A stretch of 64,000 bases of DNA from an uncultured Clostridia bacterium (GTDB lineage Bacteria; Bacillota; Clostridia; Christensenellales; Aristaeellaceae): assembly GCA_934670175.1 (NCBI GenBank), contig CAKUOX010000003.1, positions 1,279 through 65,278 of the forward strand, given 5' to 3'. Both the position numbers and the translations under genes were made by a program. Under the pieces are notes generated by a model, which saw nothing but the letters and a program-made list of their open reading frames with translations, made no database searches and was not told the origin of the DNA. Of this stretch, positions 28,142-38,132 are shown in pieces (the first letter of the stretch is position 1; every line of letters begins with the position of its first letter).

Positions 28142-30988
28142 TTGGCAAACGATAAGATCATTATCCGCGGCGCGCGGCAGCATAATTTAAAAAACATCGA
28201 CCTCGATCTGCCCCGCAACAAGCTGATCGTCATGACCGGCCTGTCCGGCTCGGGCAAATCCTCGCTGGCGTTCGACACCATCTACGCCGAGGGCCAGCGC
28301 CGCTATGTGGAATCGCTGTCCAGCTATGCGCGCCAGTTTCTCGGTCAGATGGACAAGCCCGATGTGGACAACATTCAGGGGCTCTCCCCCGCCATTTCCA
28401 TCGACCAGAAAACCACCAGCCGCAATCCCCGCTCCACCGTGGGCACCGTAACCGAAATATACGACCACCTGCGCCTGATGTACGCGCGTACCGGCACGCC
28501 GCACTGTCCGGTCTGCGGCAAGGTCATTCAGCGCCAGAGCGTCGATCAGATCATCGACGCGGTAACGGCGCTGCCGGAGCGCACGAAGCTGATGCTGCTG
28601 GCGCCGCTGGTACGCGGCCGCAAGGGCGAATATTCAAAGCTGTTCGAGGATATGTCCAAAAAGGGCTATGTCCGCGCGCGCGTGGATGGCGAAATGATCG
28701 AGCTGGCCGATCCGCCGAAGCTCGCCAAAACGAAGAAGCACACGATCGAGATCATCATAGATCGCATCATCATCCGCCCCGACCTTCAGCAGCGCCTGAC
28801 CGATTCGCTGGAGACGGCGCTGAACCTCGGCGGCGGGCTGGTCATCGTAGCCGAGGTGGAAAGCGGCCGCGAAACCATGTATTCGCAGAATTATGCCTGT
28901 CCAGACTGCGGCGTTTCGCTGGAGGCGCTGGAACCGCGCCTGTTTTCCTTCAATAATCCCTATGGCGCGTGCCCCTGCTGCTCCGGCCTGGGCGTGCTGC
29001 TGAAAATGGATCCGGATATCATTATCCCCGACCGCAGCAAATCGTTCAACGAGGGCGCGATCCGCGTTTCCGGCTGGAATACCTCCGAGCCCGGCTCGAT
29101 GGCCGCCGCCTATCTGAAGGGACTGGCTGACGCCTACCATTTTTCGCTGGACGCACCGGTATGCGAGCTCTCCGAGGAGGCGCTGAACGCCGTGCTCTAC
29201 GGCACGCGCGGCGCGAAGATCCGCGTGGAATACGAGCGCGCCAGCGGCAGCGGCTCCTTCAGCGTCCCGTTCGAGGGCGTGATCACGAATCTGGAGCGGC
29301 GCTACCGCGAAACCAGCTCGGACAGCATGAAGTCCACCTATGAGGAATACATGACCAATACCGTCTGTCCCGAGTGCGGCGGCAAGCGCCTGCGCCGCGA
29401 GGCGCTATGCGTCACAATCGGCGATAAGAACATTCAGGACGTCTCCGCCATGTCCATCCGCAGCTGCCGCGACTTTTTCCGCAGCCTGAAGCTCAGCGAA
29501 AAGCAGCAGCTGATCGCACGCCAGCTTCTGCGCGAAATCGACGCGCGGCTGAGCTTCCTGATCGACGTCGGTCTGGATTACCTCACCCTCTCGCGCAGCG
29601 CCGCGTCGCTCTCCGGCGGCGAAGCGCAGCGTATCCGCCTGGCTACGCAGATCGGTTCCGGCCTCACCGGCGTGCTCTATATACTGGATGAGCCGTCCAT
29701 CGGTCTGCACCAGAGCGACAATGCCAAGCTGCTGGGCACGCTGAAGCATCTGCGCGACCTGGGCAACACGCTGATCGTGGTGGAGCACGATTCCGAGACC
29801 ATGCTCGCCGCGGACTATATCGTGGACATCGGCCCCGGTGCAGGCGTGAACGGCGGCCGCGTGATGGCTGCGGGCACGCCGCAGGATGTCATGGCCAACC
29901 CGCAGTCGCTGACCGGCCAGTACCTTTCCGGCGCAAAGCACGTTCCGCTGCCTGCCTGCCGTCGCGCGCCAAGCGGATGGCTGCATGTGCGGGGCGCGCG
30001 CGCCAACAATCTCAAGAATATCGATGTAGATTTCCCGCTGGGCGTGCTCTGCTGCGTCACGGGCGTATCCGGCAGCGGCAAATCCTCGCTGGTCAATGAG
30101 ATTCTGTTCAAATCTCTGCAGAAAACCTTGAATCGCGCCCGCAGCCGCGCCGCAGATCACGACGAGATCACCGGCGCAGAGCAGCTGGACAAGATAATCC
30201 AGATCGACCAGTCGCCGATCGGGCGCTCGCCGCGCTCGAACCCCGCCACCTACACCGGCCTGTTCGACCTGATCCGAGAGGTATTTGCCAGCACACCCGA
30301 TGCGAAGGCGCGCGGCTACAAGGCCAGCCGCTTCAGCTTCAACGTCAAGGGCGGGCGCTGCGAAGCCTGTTCGGGCGATGGCATACTGAAGATCGAAATG
30401 CAGTTCCTGAGCGACGTGTATGTGCCCTGCGAGGTCTGCCACGGCATGCGCTACAACCGCGAAACGCTGGAGGTGCGCTACAAGGGCAAGAGCATCCACG
30501 ATGTATTGGAAATGACGGTGGATGAGGCGCTGGATTTCTTCGCCCCGCTGCCACGGCTGGCCGCCAAGCTGCAAACCATGCGCGACGTAGGGCTGGGCTA
30601 TGTGAAGCTCGGTCAGCCCTCGGACACGCTCTCCGGCGGCGAAGCCCAGCGTATCAAGCTGGCCACAGAGCTCTCGCGCCGCGCCACCGGCCGCACGCTG
30701 TATGTGCTGGACGAGCCGACCACTGGCCTGCACATCGCCGACGTCGCACAGCTGAACGCCGTGCTGCACCGGCTGGCGGACGGCGGCAACACGCTGGTGG
30801 TCATTGAGCACAATCTGGACGTAATCAAGACCGCCGATTATATCATCGACCTCGGGCCCGGCGGCGGCGATCGCGGCGGAAGCGTCGTCGTATGCGGCAC
30901 GCCTGAGACGGTTGCCGCCTGCGCGAGCAGCAGCACGGGCGAGTACCTGCGCCCGCTGCTGACCGAAGATGTGCCGATCATGTCTTAA
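28142..30988 (+). CDS. uvrA: Excinuclease ABC subunit A
   Basis: 948 aa, with [14 protein letters not shown], a second ABC module and zinc-finger Cys pairs. TTG start. Confidence 0.97.
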   Translation: MANDKIIIRGARQHNLKNIDLDLPRNKLIVMTGLSGSGKSSLAFDTIYAEGQRRYVESLSSYARQFLGQMDKPDVDNIQGLSPAISIDQKTTSRNPRSTVGTVTEIYDHLRLMYARTGTPHCPVCGKVIQRQSVDQIIDAVTALPERTKLMLLAPLVRGRKGEYSKLFEDMSKKGYVRARVDGEMIELADPPKLAKTKKHTIEIIIDRIIIRPDLQQRLTDSLETALNLGGGLVIVAEVESGRETMYSQNYACPDCGVSLEALEPRLFSFNNPYGACPCCSGLGVLLKMDPDIIIPDRSKSFNEGAIRVSGWNTSEPGSMAAAYLKGLADAYHFSLDAPVCELSEEALNAVLYGTRGAKIRVEYERASGSGSFSVPFEGVITNLERRYRETSSDSMKSTYEEYMTNTVCPECGGKRLRREALCVTIGDKNIQDVSAMSIRSCRDFFRSLKLSEKQQLIARQLLREIDARLSFLIDVGLDYLTLSRSAASLSGGEAQRIRLATQIGSGLTGVLYILDEPSIGLHQSDNAKLLGTLKHLRDLGNTLIVVEHDSETMLAADYIVDIGPGAGVNGGRVMAAGTPQDVMANPQSLTGQYLSGAKHVPLPACRRAPSGWLHVRGARANNLKNIDVDFPLGVLCCVTGVSGSGKSSLVNEILFKSLQKTLNRARSRAADHDEITGAEQLDKIIQIDQSPIGRSPRSNPATYTGLFDLIREVFASTPDAKARGYKASRFSFNVKGGRCEACSGDGILKIEMQFLSDVYVPCEVCHGMRYNRETLEVRYKGKSIHDVLEMTVDEALDFFAPLPRLAAKLQTMRDVGLGYVKLGQPSDTLSGGEAQRIKLATELSRRATGRTLYVLDEPTTGLHIADVAQLNAVLHRLADGGNTLVVIEHNLDVIKTADYIIDLGPGGGDRGGSVVVCGTPETVAACASSSTGEYLRPLLTEDVPIMS

Positions 30989-31107
30989 AATGCGGATGTT
31001 TTGTAACAATATTTTAAAACATTAAATATCCGCTTGACTTTTGATCCCGCGCTGTTTAAGATGATACTGTCTATCTGAATCTCTTGTGTATTTGGAGGAG
31101 TGCTATT

Positions 31108-32235
31108 ATGCAAAAGGGATACAAGCGCAACGGCAAGGGCATGGCCGTACTCCGCTTCTTTATTGGACTGATCGTGATCGCCATCATTGTCGGCGTAATC
31201 TGGTTCTTCCTGCAGAAGGTGGACTATTCCGACAAGCTGGCCGACCCGAACGTCGCCACGCGCCCCTATGTCGAAATGACCGCCGACCCCAACGCGCCGC
31301 TCGCGCTTGAGCCGACCACTGGTCTCGACACTGGCGATGCCGTCGACGATTTTACCAACAGCTTTGATCTGGGCGGCGATACCACCGGCGATTTTGGCGG
31401 CGGCGATTTTGTAGATCTGACGCCGAGCGATACGCCGGAGCCTACCGCTACGCCGACAACGGAACCCACGCCGGAGCCGACCGCCGTTCCCACGCCGGAA
31501 CCGACGGCCACGCCGGAGCCCACCCCCGAGCCCACGGCGACGCCCGAGCCGACGAAGATCCCCTCTTCCAAGCTCAACAAAGCGCGCACCAAGGGCTTCA
31601 AGGTTCCCGAGCCTTCTACCAACGGCGAAGCGGCGCTGACCAAATTCTATGTATCCGAGCCGAACAACAACCGCTATGTCGAGGTCAACGGCTACTGCTA
31701 CATCAATGACGCCACCTTCGACGGCAATGGCGTGAAGGCGTATCTGATCGCCACACCGGTTTCCGGTAAGGGCATTACCCGCGCCTACAAGGCCAATATG
31801 GTGCAGGGCATTTCCGGCGACCCGCACACCGATGCTGTGTGCATGAACGCGGATTGCACCGATTTCAGCGTCATATTCACCGTAAGCAAGTATAAGAACG
31901 GCGAATATGAGCTGGGCGTCGTGCTGGATTACACGAAGGAAAACGCCGCCGAGCCTGCCTATGCCTACTATAAGCTCGGCAAGACCTTCACAGTGGAGAA
32001 GGGTGCGATCGTACAGCAAAATGAAAGCTCCGACCAGCCCTTCGGCGCAGCCACCGGCTCTGACGCGGATTCTCAGGGCCTGAGCTTCTCCATCGCCGCC
32101 TCGAATGCCGCGGCATCCTCCGAAACGGCCGCGCCGGGCGCAAAGGAATTCCAGGCGCCTGAAGAAACGGCGACCGCCGCGCCCCGCACCGACGCCTTTG
32201 GCGCTGCGCTCGACGATACTGCTTCCATTGGCTGA
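31108..32235 (+). CDS. Membrane-anchored extracytoplasmic protein with a Pro/Thr-rich linker, function unknown
   Basis: ATG at 31108, 8 nt after GGAGGAG. TM segment AVLRFFIGLIVIAIIVGVIWFF, followed by TPEPT repeats. Confidence 0.6.
   Translation: MQKGYKRNGKGMAVLRFFIGLIVIAIIVGVIWFFLQKVDYSDKLADPNVATRPYVEMTADPNAPLALEPTTGLDTGDAVDDFTNSFDLGGDTTGDFGGGDFVDLTPSDTPEPTATPTTEPTPEPTAVPTPEPTATPEPTPEPTATPEPTKIPSSKLNKARTKGFKVPEPSTNGEAALTKFYVSEPNNNRYVEVNGYCYINDATFDGNGVKAYLIATPVSGKGITRAYKANMVQGISGDPHTDAVCMNADCTDFSVIFTVSKYKNGEYELGVVLDYTKENAAEPAYAYYKLGKTFTVEKGAIVQQNESSDQPFGAATGSDADSQGLSFSIAASNAAASSETAAPGAKEFQAPEETATAAPRTDAFGAALDDTASIG
31432..31554 (+). repeat. In-frame tandem (T/A)PEPT-coding repeats
   Basis: Encodes TPEPTATPTTEPTPEPTAVPTPEPTATPEPTPEPTATPEPT. 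Confidence 0.7.
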
Positions 32236-32257
32236 TAAAACCTGATATGCACGCGAT

Positions 32258-32295
32258 CCGCCTGACCATTGGTATGGTCAGGCGGTGATTTTTTT
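32258..32295 (+). terminator. Intrinsic terminator
   Basis: CCGCCTGACCA-TTGGTA-TGGTCAGGCGG, then TGATTTTTTT. Confidence 0.8.
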
Positions 32296-32548
32296 GGGCA
32301 GCCGAATGGGCGTTATACCCAGCTGAGCTTCGGGCATTAGAAAGAACTTTAGTAGAAGCCATGGAGTCATATGTCAGATGTGGCTCCACAGATTAATAGC
32401 ATCAGGATATTGATAATATGTAAGATGCGAAAGGCACTTGAACGAATTTCTGAAAAGAAAATTGCAAAGCAAAAAGTGTGATTGACAATTCGTTCGATGC
32501 CATCTTTAGAAGACGACCACAGGCTATATACCTTTACGGGGCCTGGTC

Positions 32549-32573
32549 AAACCACCCGTTCAACGGGTGGTTA
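32549..32573. repeat. Hairpin repeat copy 1 (AAACCACCCGTTCAACGGGTGGTTA)
   Basis: 9-bp stem with a 5-nt loop. Identical to the 25-mer at 32773-32797. Confidence 0.8.
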
Positions 32574-32772
32574 CAGGATGTTGACAAAGTCAACAGACTG
32601 CCAGACGCTGAAAAACCCTGCAAGGCAAGAAAACGCGAGCTGCAAATGAGGGCGCATACTTAGGCGTATGTAACCGATTTTGCAGCCCGCGTTGACGAAG
32701 TAAGCAGAAATTTCAACTTCTCCTGAAGTTGTTCACGAAATTTCTGCGGTTGCGGGGTTTGTCAGTGGATTG

Positions 32773-32797
32773 AAACCACCCGTTCAACGGGTGGTTA
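32773..32797. repeat. Hairpin repeat copy 2
   Basis: The identical 25-mer, 224 nt downstream of copy 1 and in the same orientation. Confidence 0.8.
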
Positions 32798-32810
32798 TGC
32801 CTCAGGCAAC

Positions 32811-32856
32811 AAAGCCCCCCGATTCGGCCTTACCGGCGCGGATCGGGGGCGGCTTT
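32811..32856 (-). terminator. GC-rich hairpin after the NagB-like gene
   Basis: CCCCCGAT / ATCGGGGG core with AAAGC/GCTTT flanks. On the minus strand it is followed by UUUGUUG. Confidence 0.5.
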
Positions 32857-32871
32857 CATTCACCTGTCAAA

Positions 32872-33834
32872 TCAGTTGGTATCCGGGCAAAGCGGGCCAG
32901 CCAGCTCTTCCATGAAGAACAGCTTGCCGGGCATCGTGGGGATCCAGCTGGAGGTGATCTGCTTCACGGGGCCATAACGCAGCGTCATCCAGAAGCTCAT
33001 GCCCTGCCACTGCATGCCGCGGGACAGCACGCCGTCCGCGCCGCCGATGGCATAATCAGAGTTGAAGATGATGGCGGGGCCGATGGTATTGGCATAGCAG
33101 GGAATCAGCGGCCAGCTGGAGCGGAACGACGTGATGGCGTTCTGCTCGATCGTGAAGGGATGCAGACGCGCGCCGACGCGATAGGGCGCAGCCTTCCACG
33201 CCTCAACGCTGTCATATTCAGCGGCGAAATGCGGCTCCCAGAACGCGATATGGCACATGCGGCCGATGCCGTATACCAGCACCTGTTTGGCGCCCTCAGC
33301 CTTCAGCTTCGCGATCTTCTCCGGATAGGTGGGCAGATTTTCGCGCGTGGCGAAATTGCGCTGATTCTCGGGCACGGTCAGCTCGCCGAGCGGGCCATAG
33401 AACGCCTCAACCATCGCGTTCTGGAACGCGGCGGGGTCGTTGGCGGGCAGCGTATTGCCCTCGGCGTCGGACCACTCGTCCATATTGAAGCCATACACAT
33501 GCTTGCAGTCCACATTCCATTCCTTCAGGAAGTAAACCGCCCATTTGTACATGCCCATCGGGCCGACCGGCAGAATGAGGATCAGCTTGCGGCCCTCTTC
33601 CTTGGTCTGGCGGATCTGCATGGCGATTTCATGGCCCATGTACGCGCCAAACTCTTCAAGATTGGTGCACTTCACGGGATTAAAGCCCTCGTTCCAGAAG
33701 CTCTGGCGGTCATACACGGTTTCAGGAGCGTTGGAAACGCATTCCTTGATGCGCTCAATGTCCCAGCCCTGAGGCAATACCTCGCTGAAATAGGAGCCCT
33801 TCAGCGTATTGGTCATATCCATATAGCAACACAT
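32872..33834 (-). CDS. Glucosamine-6-phosphate isomerase / 6-phosphogluconolactonase-family protein (NagB-like)
   Basis: 320 aa, with family-like core segments LILPVGPMGMY and GIGRMCHIAFWEP. The start is uncertain (MDMTNT or MTNT). Confidence 0.65.
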   Translation of the reverse strand: MCCYMDMTNTLKGSYFSEVLPQGWDIERIKECVSNAPETVYDRQSFWNEGFNPVKCTNLEEFGAYMGHEIAMQIRQTKEEGRKLILILPVGPMGMYKWAVYFLKEWNVDCKHVYGFNMDEWSDAEGNTLPANDPAAFQNAMVEAFYGPLGELTVPENQRNFATRENLPTYPEKIAKLKAEGAKQVLVYGIGRMCHIAFWEPHFAAEYDSVEAWKAAPYRVGARLHPFTIEQNAITSFRSSWPLIPCYANTIGPAIIFNSDYAIGGADGVLSRGMQWQGMSFWMTLRYGPVKQITSSWIPTMPGKLFFMEELAGPLCPDTN

Positions 33835-33860
33835 CCTTTCAGATTACCTGGCAGATATAA

Positions 33861-34859
33861 TTAAAGATGCACCACGATGTTCTCTTCCAGGGAGCGCGTG
33901 GTCGCCTCAATAATTTCAAGCACGCCGCGATTCTGCGCCAGCGTAACGCTCGCATCGCGGTTTTCACGGATCGCATCGATAAATTCACGGATCTCGCCCT
34001 CGAACATATCTGTCTGCTCCACCTCGATGGGATAGCTCTTCTCATCGCCCGCGGGATACCAGTTCAGATTGCTGCCGCGCTCACCATCGTTGATGTTCAG
34101 GCCGGCGGTCAGCGCATAATCCAGCGTTCCGTTATCGCCGGTCGCGCGGAACTCGATGGAGAACGGCCAGTTGCCCGTCATTTCAAGGCTGGTCTCCACA
34201 ATCGCCTGGACGCCGGACTTCCAGCGCAGACTGGTGCATACATGGTTCCAGCAGCCCGTGGGGCTCTTCCAGCCGTTGGCATACACCGATTCGGGCTTTC
34301 CGAAGATACTGTACAGATAGTCAATATCGTGGATGTTCAGGTCGTACAGGCCGCCGCCGCTCTTCCTGGGATCGCGATGCCAGGTCGTCCAGGTCGGATG
34401 CTGGCAGAGGCGCTTTTCATAGATCATGTGGATGTTTCCGAGCTTGCCCGCTTCGATGTAATCCTTCATGACCATGAACTCCGGCCACCAGCGGGCAACC
34501 TGCGCCACCATGAAGCGCACGCCGTTTTCCCTGCATGCCTCGACCATGCGATCGAAGGATTCCACCGTGAAGGTGATCGGCTTCTCACACAGCACATGGC
34601 ACTTCAGCGCCGCAGCCTCCTTGACGAACTGCTCGTGAAGGTCGGTCGGCACACAGATGTCCACGATGTCCACGCCCACCTCATCCTTTGCAGCCTTCAG
34701 CGAGGTAAAGAAGCGGCAGCCGTATTCCTGCGCCACCTTTTCGCCCTTTTCCACATTGCGGCCGACGATCGCCACGAGCTCGACGTCGTCCATTTTCTTG
34801 AGCGCGGCCAGATGATTCTGCGCAATATAGCCGCTGCCCTGCACTGCTACCTTAAACAC
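33861..34859 (-). CDS. Gfo/Idh/MocA-family oxidoreductase
   Basis: N-terminal Rossmann segment MFKVAVQGSGYIAQNH, and the EKP motif in CEKPITF. Confidence 0.85.
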   Translation of the reverse strand: MFKVAVQGSGYIAQNHLAALKKMDDVELVAIVGRNVEKGEKVAQEYGCRFFTSLKAAKDEVGVDIVDICVPTDLHEQFVKEAAALKCHVLCEKPITFTVESFDRMVEACRENGVRFMVAQVARWWPEFMVMKDYIEAGKLGNIHMIYEKRLCQHPTWTTWHRDPRKSGGGLYDLNIHDIDYLYSIFGKPESVYANGWKSPTGCWNHVCTSLRWKSGVQAIVETSLEMTGNWPFSIEFRATGDNGTLDYALTAGLNINDGERGSNLNWYPAGDEKSYPIEVEQTDMFEGEIREFIDAIRENRDASVTLAQNRGVLEIIEATTRSLEENIVVHL

Positions 34860-35027
34860 GCCATTTCCTCCTCTTTCTTTATTGAATTGTTAACGCACAG
34901 CGCTTATATATCCAGTGGGTTTACTAATTGTATTGTATCACAGCGTTCAGGCAATGTCAATATCTCTCAATAATTTGTACAAGCCGCCCGAATCACAATT
35001 TGCATTTTATGAAGATGCGCGCGGTGT

Positions 35028-36320
35028 TCACTCGCGCCTGCGCAATATTTCGAAGCGCTTGTCGATATAATATTCTGCCAGCCCCAGGCCGCTGTCCTCG
35101 GGCGGAATATGACCGTAGTCAAAGGTCAGGCCGTGCATCAGCAAATTGCCGCACCGCTGACCGGACATGGAGCGCAGCCTCTGCAAAAAGCTGCCGCCTA
35201 GCCGTTCGATGCCGCCGCCGATGATCACGCGGCGAATGCCCGTAACGCACACCACGCTGTAAATGCCTGCGAACAGCTGCGCCGCCACATTGTCTATGGC
35301 CTCGCAGATTTCGCGCTCGCCCGCGTCGCAGGCACAGCCGATCATTTCCGGCGTGAGCTTGCCGGGCTGCCCCTGACGGAGCTTTAAAAATGTCTCCACG
35401 GGCTTGAACGCCGCGATCTGGCTCACATGATCCACCACGGCGTCCAGGTTCACATATTGCTCCAGGCAGCCGCGGCCGCCGCATGAGCAGGGACGCCCGC
35501 GGTAATTGATGCTGACGTGGCCGATCTCGCCTGCGAAGCCGTCTTTGCCGGTAAATACCTCGCCCTCGGAGATGATACCCGCACCCACGCCGTCGCAGAC
35601 GTTAACGTAGATCAGGTTCTCCTCCTGCTGACCCATGCCGTCCAGGCGCTTTTTTTCCGCATAGGCAAGCGACTGCGAGCTGTTGCCGAAGAACAGCGTG
35701 ACGCCCAGTTCCTTCTCGAGCTCCTCCATCACCTCTCGGCGAATGGAAATATGCAGCGTGGACAGTGAAAACAGCTTCTTTTCCGACAGATAGATGCCCG
35801 GAAAGCTCACGCACACGGCCAAAGCAATCTCCGGCTGATACAGTTTGGAGCGTCTGAGCAGTATGTCGCGAATCAGCTCCGCATAATCGGCGCTGGCGTC
35901 CGGATTCGGGTCGGGCGCATCCACGTCAAAGCCGCCGTATTGCTCGGCGGAATGGTTCAGAAACAGCGTCTCCAGTGGCTCCATTTTCAGGTTATACAGC
36001 GTGTAGCGCACGCCGTAGCGCCCCAGCGAAAACACCGGTATCTGCCGGCCGGCGGCGTTGATGCACAGGTTAATCGGCTTACGCCCCGTCTGCATCGTGC
36101 GGGCATAGCCGGCTTCCAGCACCAGTCCCTCGCGCACCAGCTCGTCCACGAGCGCAGAAACTGTGGTCGGGCTCAGGCCGGTGACGCGCACGAGATCCGC
36201 GCGCGCCATATCGCGGTTCCGATTCAGCAAATTGAACAAATGCTTGATATTTTCCTCTTTGATGATCTGCTGGTTGGTCAGCCGCCCCGCGCTGCTTTGC
36301 CGCTCTGAAAGATAATTCAT
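35028..36320 (-). CDS. ROK-family transcriptional regulator (N-terminal wHTH)
   Basis: wHTH segment RADLVRVTGLSPTTVSALVDEL, and the ROK zinc motif HVSINYRGRPCSCGGRGCLE. Confidence 0.85.
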   Translation of the reverse strand: MNYLSERQSSAGRLTNQQIIKEENIKHLFNLLNRNRDMARADLVRVTGLSPTTVSALVDELVREGLVLEAGYARTMQTGRKPINLCINAAGRQIPVFSLGRYGVRYTLYNLKMEPLETLFLNHSAEQYGGFDVDAPDPNPDASADYAELIRDILLRRSKLYQPEIALAVCVSFPGIYLSEKKLFSLSTLHISIRREVMEELEKELGVTLFFGNSSQSLAYAEKKRLDGMGQQEENLIYVNVCDGVGAGIISEGEVFTGKDGFAGEIGHVSINYRGRPCSCGGRGCLEQYVNLDAVVDHVSQIAAFKPVETFLKLRQGQPGKLTPEMIGCACDAGEREICEAIDNVAAQLFAGIYSVVCVTGIRRVIIGGGIERLGGSFLQRLRSMSGQRCGNLLMHGLTFDYGHIPPEDSGLGLAEYYIDKRFEILRRRE

Positions 36321-36426
36321 TCGCTTGCATCCTTATCTAAACGCTATATTAATTATTTTTATCATTATAGCACATATGCAAAGAATTATCCACTTCCAAA
36401 CAAATGATTGTAGAATATATTCTGTT

Positions 36427-37002
36427 TTATTGCTTAATAATTGGTATTCTGGTATAGGAATTACCTTTTTCCGAGAAACAAACGGCATAGCCCGCGCCAA
36501 ATTCTGGCTGCCATGCGTACATGTGACGGTTTTCTTCAGGAAACCAGTGCGCCATCAGGCAGGCGATCACGCCGCCGTGGCATACGATCAGCGCATTGTC
36601 CGGCACGCCCTGTATCGCGGCAAGCACGCGCGCTCTGAAGGCATTCGACGATTCGCCGCCGGGCGGTACGGCACAGCCGCTCTCATCCGTGATCCATGCC
36701 TGATAATCCGGATCCGCACAGAGCTCGGCATAGCTGTGCTGCTCAAACCTTCCAAAATCGATCTCCCGCAGGCCATCGACGCGGCGATCCGCTTCGCGCC
36801 CAAACAACAGCAGCGCCGTCTCGTCGCAGCGCCGCATGCCGCTTGAAATGAGCACAAGGTCTCGCGCGTCCGGATAACGCGCTGTCGCACGTTTTTCCGA
36901 CAGCATGCGCTTTCCAGCCTCCGAAAGCGGCAGATCGCTGCTGCCGCAGTACAGGCGGCGCTCGTTGGCTGCCGTCATGCCATGACGAATCAGATAGATC
37001 AT
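36427..37002 (-). CDS. cobC: Alpha-ribazole phosphatase (histidine phosphatase family)
   Basis: MIYLIRHGMTAAN contains the RHG motif. The ATG at 37000-37002 overlaps the upstream stop as ATGA. Lies in the cob operon. Confidence 0.75.
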   Translation of the reverse strand: MIYLIRHGMTAANERRLYCGSSDLPLSEAGKRMLSEKRATARYPDARDLVLISSGMRRCDETALLLFGREADRRVDGLREIDFGRFEQHSYAELCADPDYQAWITDESGCAVPPGGESSNAFRARVLAAIQGVPDNALIVCHGGVIACLMAHWFPEENRHMYAWQPEFGAGYAVCFSEKGNSYTRIPIIKQ

Positions 37003-37379
37003 TGTCGTATCACCTGCGGTATGCCGCAAAACAGGCGCGTAACGCGCGCGGCGTGCTGCGCAAGATAGTTATTCAGCCTGCCGTTCTCCTCACGCCAGAG
37101 CCGCATTTCGGCATCCATCGGCACCACGCCGCATGAAAAATCCAAGCCGATCAGCATTTTATCCGCCCATTCGCCGCTGTGCCACTCAAAATAGGAAACG
37201 ACGCTTTCACCGCGCCGCACGCAGCCCAGGACAAACAGCTCGAGCCCGTTAAAAGCATCCGCCGCCGTAAAGTCGATTTCGCGCATATCCGCATCCAGAT
37301 GCACGATCCTCGACGCGCCGCGCGTATTTTGGGCGTATTCCTCCATCCCCTGATAGGCGCCGCCGAATATAAACTCCAT
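36999..37379 (-). CDS. Truncated CobU-like protein with a degenerate P-loop
   Basis: MEFIFGGAYQGMEEYAQ compares with the CobU N-terminus MLTFISGGCKNGKSWYAQ. The C-terminal GVVPMDAEMRLWREENGRLNNYLA resembles a CobU C-terminus. Confidence 0.5.
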   Translation of the reverse strand: MEFIFGGAYQGMEEYAQNTRGASRIVHLDADMREIDFTAADAFNGLELFVLGCVRRGESVVSYFEWHSGEWADKMLIGLDFSCGVVPMDAEMRLWREENGRLNNYLAQHAARVTRLFCGIPQVIRQ

Positions 37380-37394
37380 AATTGTCTGCCTCCC

Positions 37395-38132
37395 TCAGCG
37401 CAGGATCGCCAATGCCACAAGGCCGCACAGCTCCGAGACCGTGAGTGAAAAGCCCGCCAGATCACCTGACACGCCGCCCAGCGCGCGCGCACACCAGCGC
37501 ATAGCCAGCGCATAGCCGCCGCCGACCGCCGCACCCACGACCAGTCCGCGCCAGCCAAGTGCAGCGCCCAGCGCCGCAAGCGCCAACGCTCCCTGTGCCA
37601 GCACGGCGACTGTGAAGCACGCAGGCGCGACATCGGAAGCGGCATACTGGCTGTGTCCCAGCGGCCTGAGCCTGAGCACGCAAAGCGCCGAGCCACAGCG
37701 CGACAGCACCGGAATCAGCATGAGCGCAGCGCAGCGTTCAACGGACGCCGCAGCCGCGAATTGCAGCATGAACAGCAGTGCGATCATCACCACGGCGAAC
37801 GAGCCGACGTGCGAATCCTTCAGTATGCGCAGGCGTTCCTCGCGGCTGCGCCAGGAGAGCATCGCATCCGACGTATCCATATAGCCGTCCAGATGGATAA
37901 AGCCCGTCAGCAGAAACGGTGCGGCGGCAATCAGCGCACCTGCCAGCAGCGGCGGCAAAAAGCGCTTCGCCAGCAGCGCCAGCGCCCACCAGAGCGCGCC
38001 GAGCACCAGTCCCACCAGCGGCAGGCAGGCGAGCATATGCCGTCTGAGCGCCTCGTCCCAGCTCTTCAAGCGCAGCGGTATCGCGCTGAACATGCCGAGC
38101 GCCATCAAAAACGCCGTCCACAGCTTCTTCAC
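37395..38132 (-). CDS. cobS: Adenosylcobinamide-GDP ribazoletransferase (cobalamin synthase)
   Basis: 245 aa and polytopic, with HLDGYMDTSD. It overlaps cobU by 4 nt. Confidence 0.85.
   Translation of the reverse strand: MKKLWTAFLMALGMFSAIPLRLKSWDEALRRHMLACLPLVGLVLGALWWALALLAKRFLPPLLAGALIAAAPFLLTGFIHLDGYMDTSDAMLSWRSREERLRILKDSHVGSFAVVMIALLFMLQFAAAASVERCAALMLIPVLSRCGSALCVLRLRPLGHSQYAASDVAPACFTVAVLAQGALALAALGAALGWRGLVVGAAVGGGYALAMRWCARALGGVSGDLAGFSLTVSELCGLVALAILR

Larger units (their letters stand above)
32549..32797. other. Hairpin-dense noncoding unit bounded by the two identical hairpins (ncRNA or miniature mobile element candidate)
   Basis: Contains the palindrome GTTGACAAAGTCAAC (32580-32594), a hairpin at 32635-32690 and a hairpin at 32704-32747. 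No SD-preceded ORF is present. G+C is low. Confidence 0.4.

Noticed and set aside
32478-32663. 61-aa ORF inside the twin-hairpin element.
   Set aside because: It has a GTG start without an SD. It spans hairpin copy 1 and the palindrome, and shows no coding-like composition.
32549-32797. Minimal CRISPR array (two identical palindromic repeats).
   Set aside because: The repeat is only 25 nt and the spacer would be 199 nt. There are only two copies, and no cas genes or leader are present.
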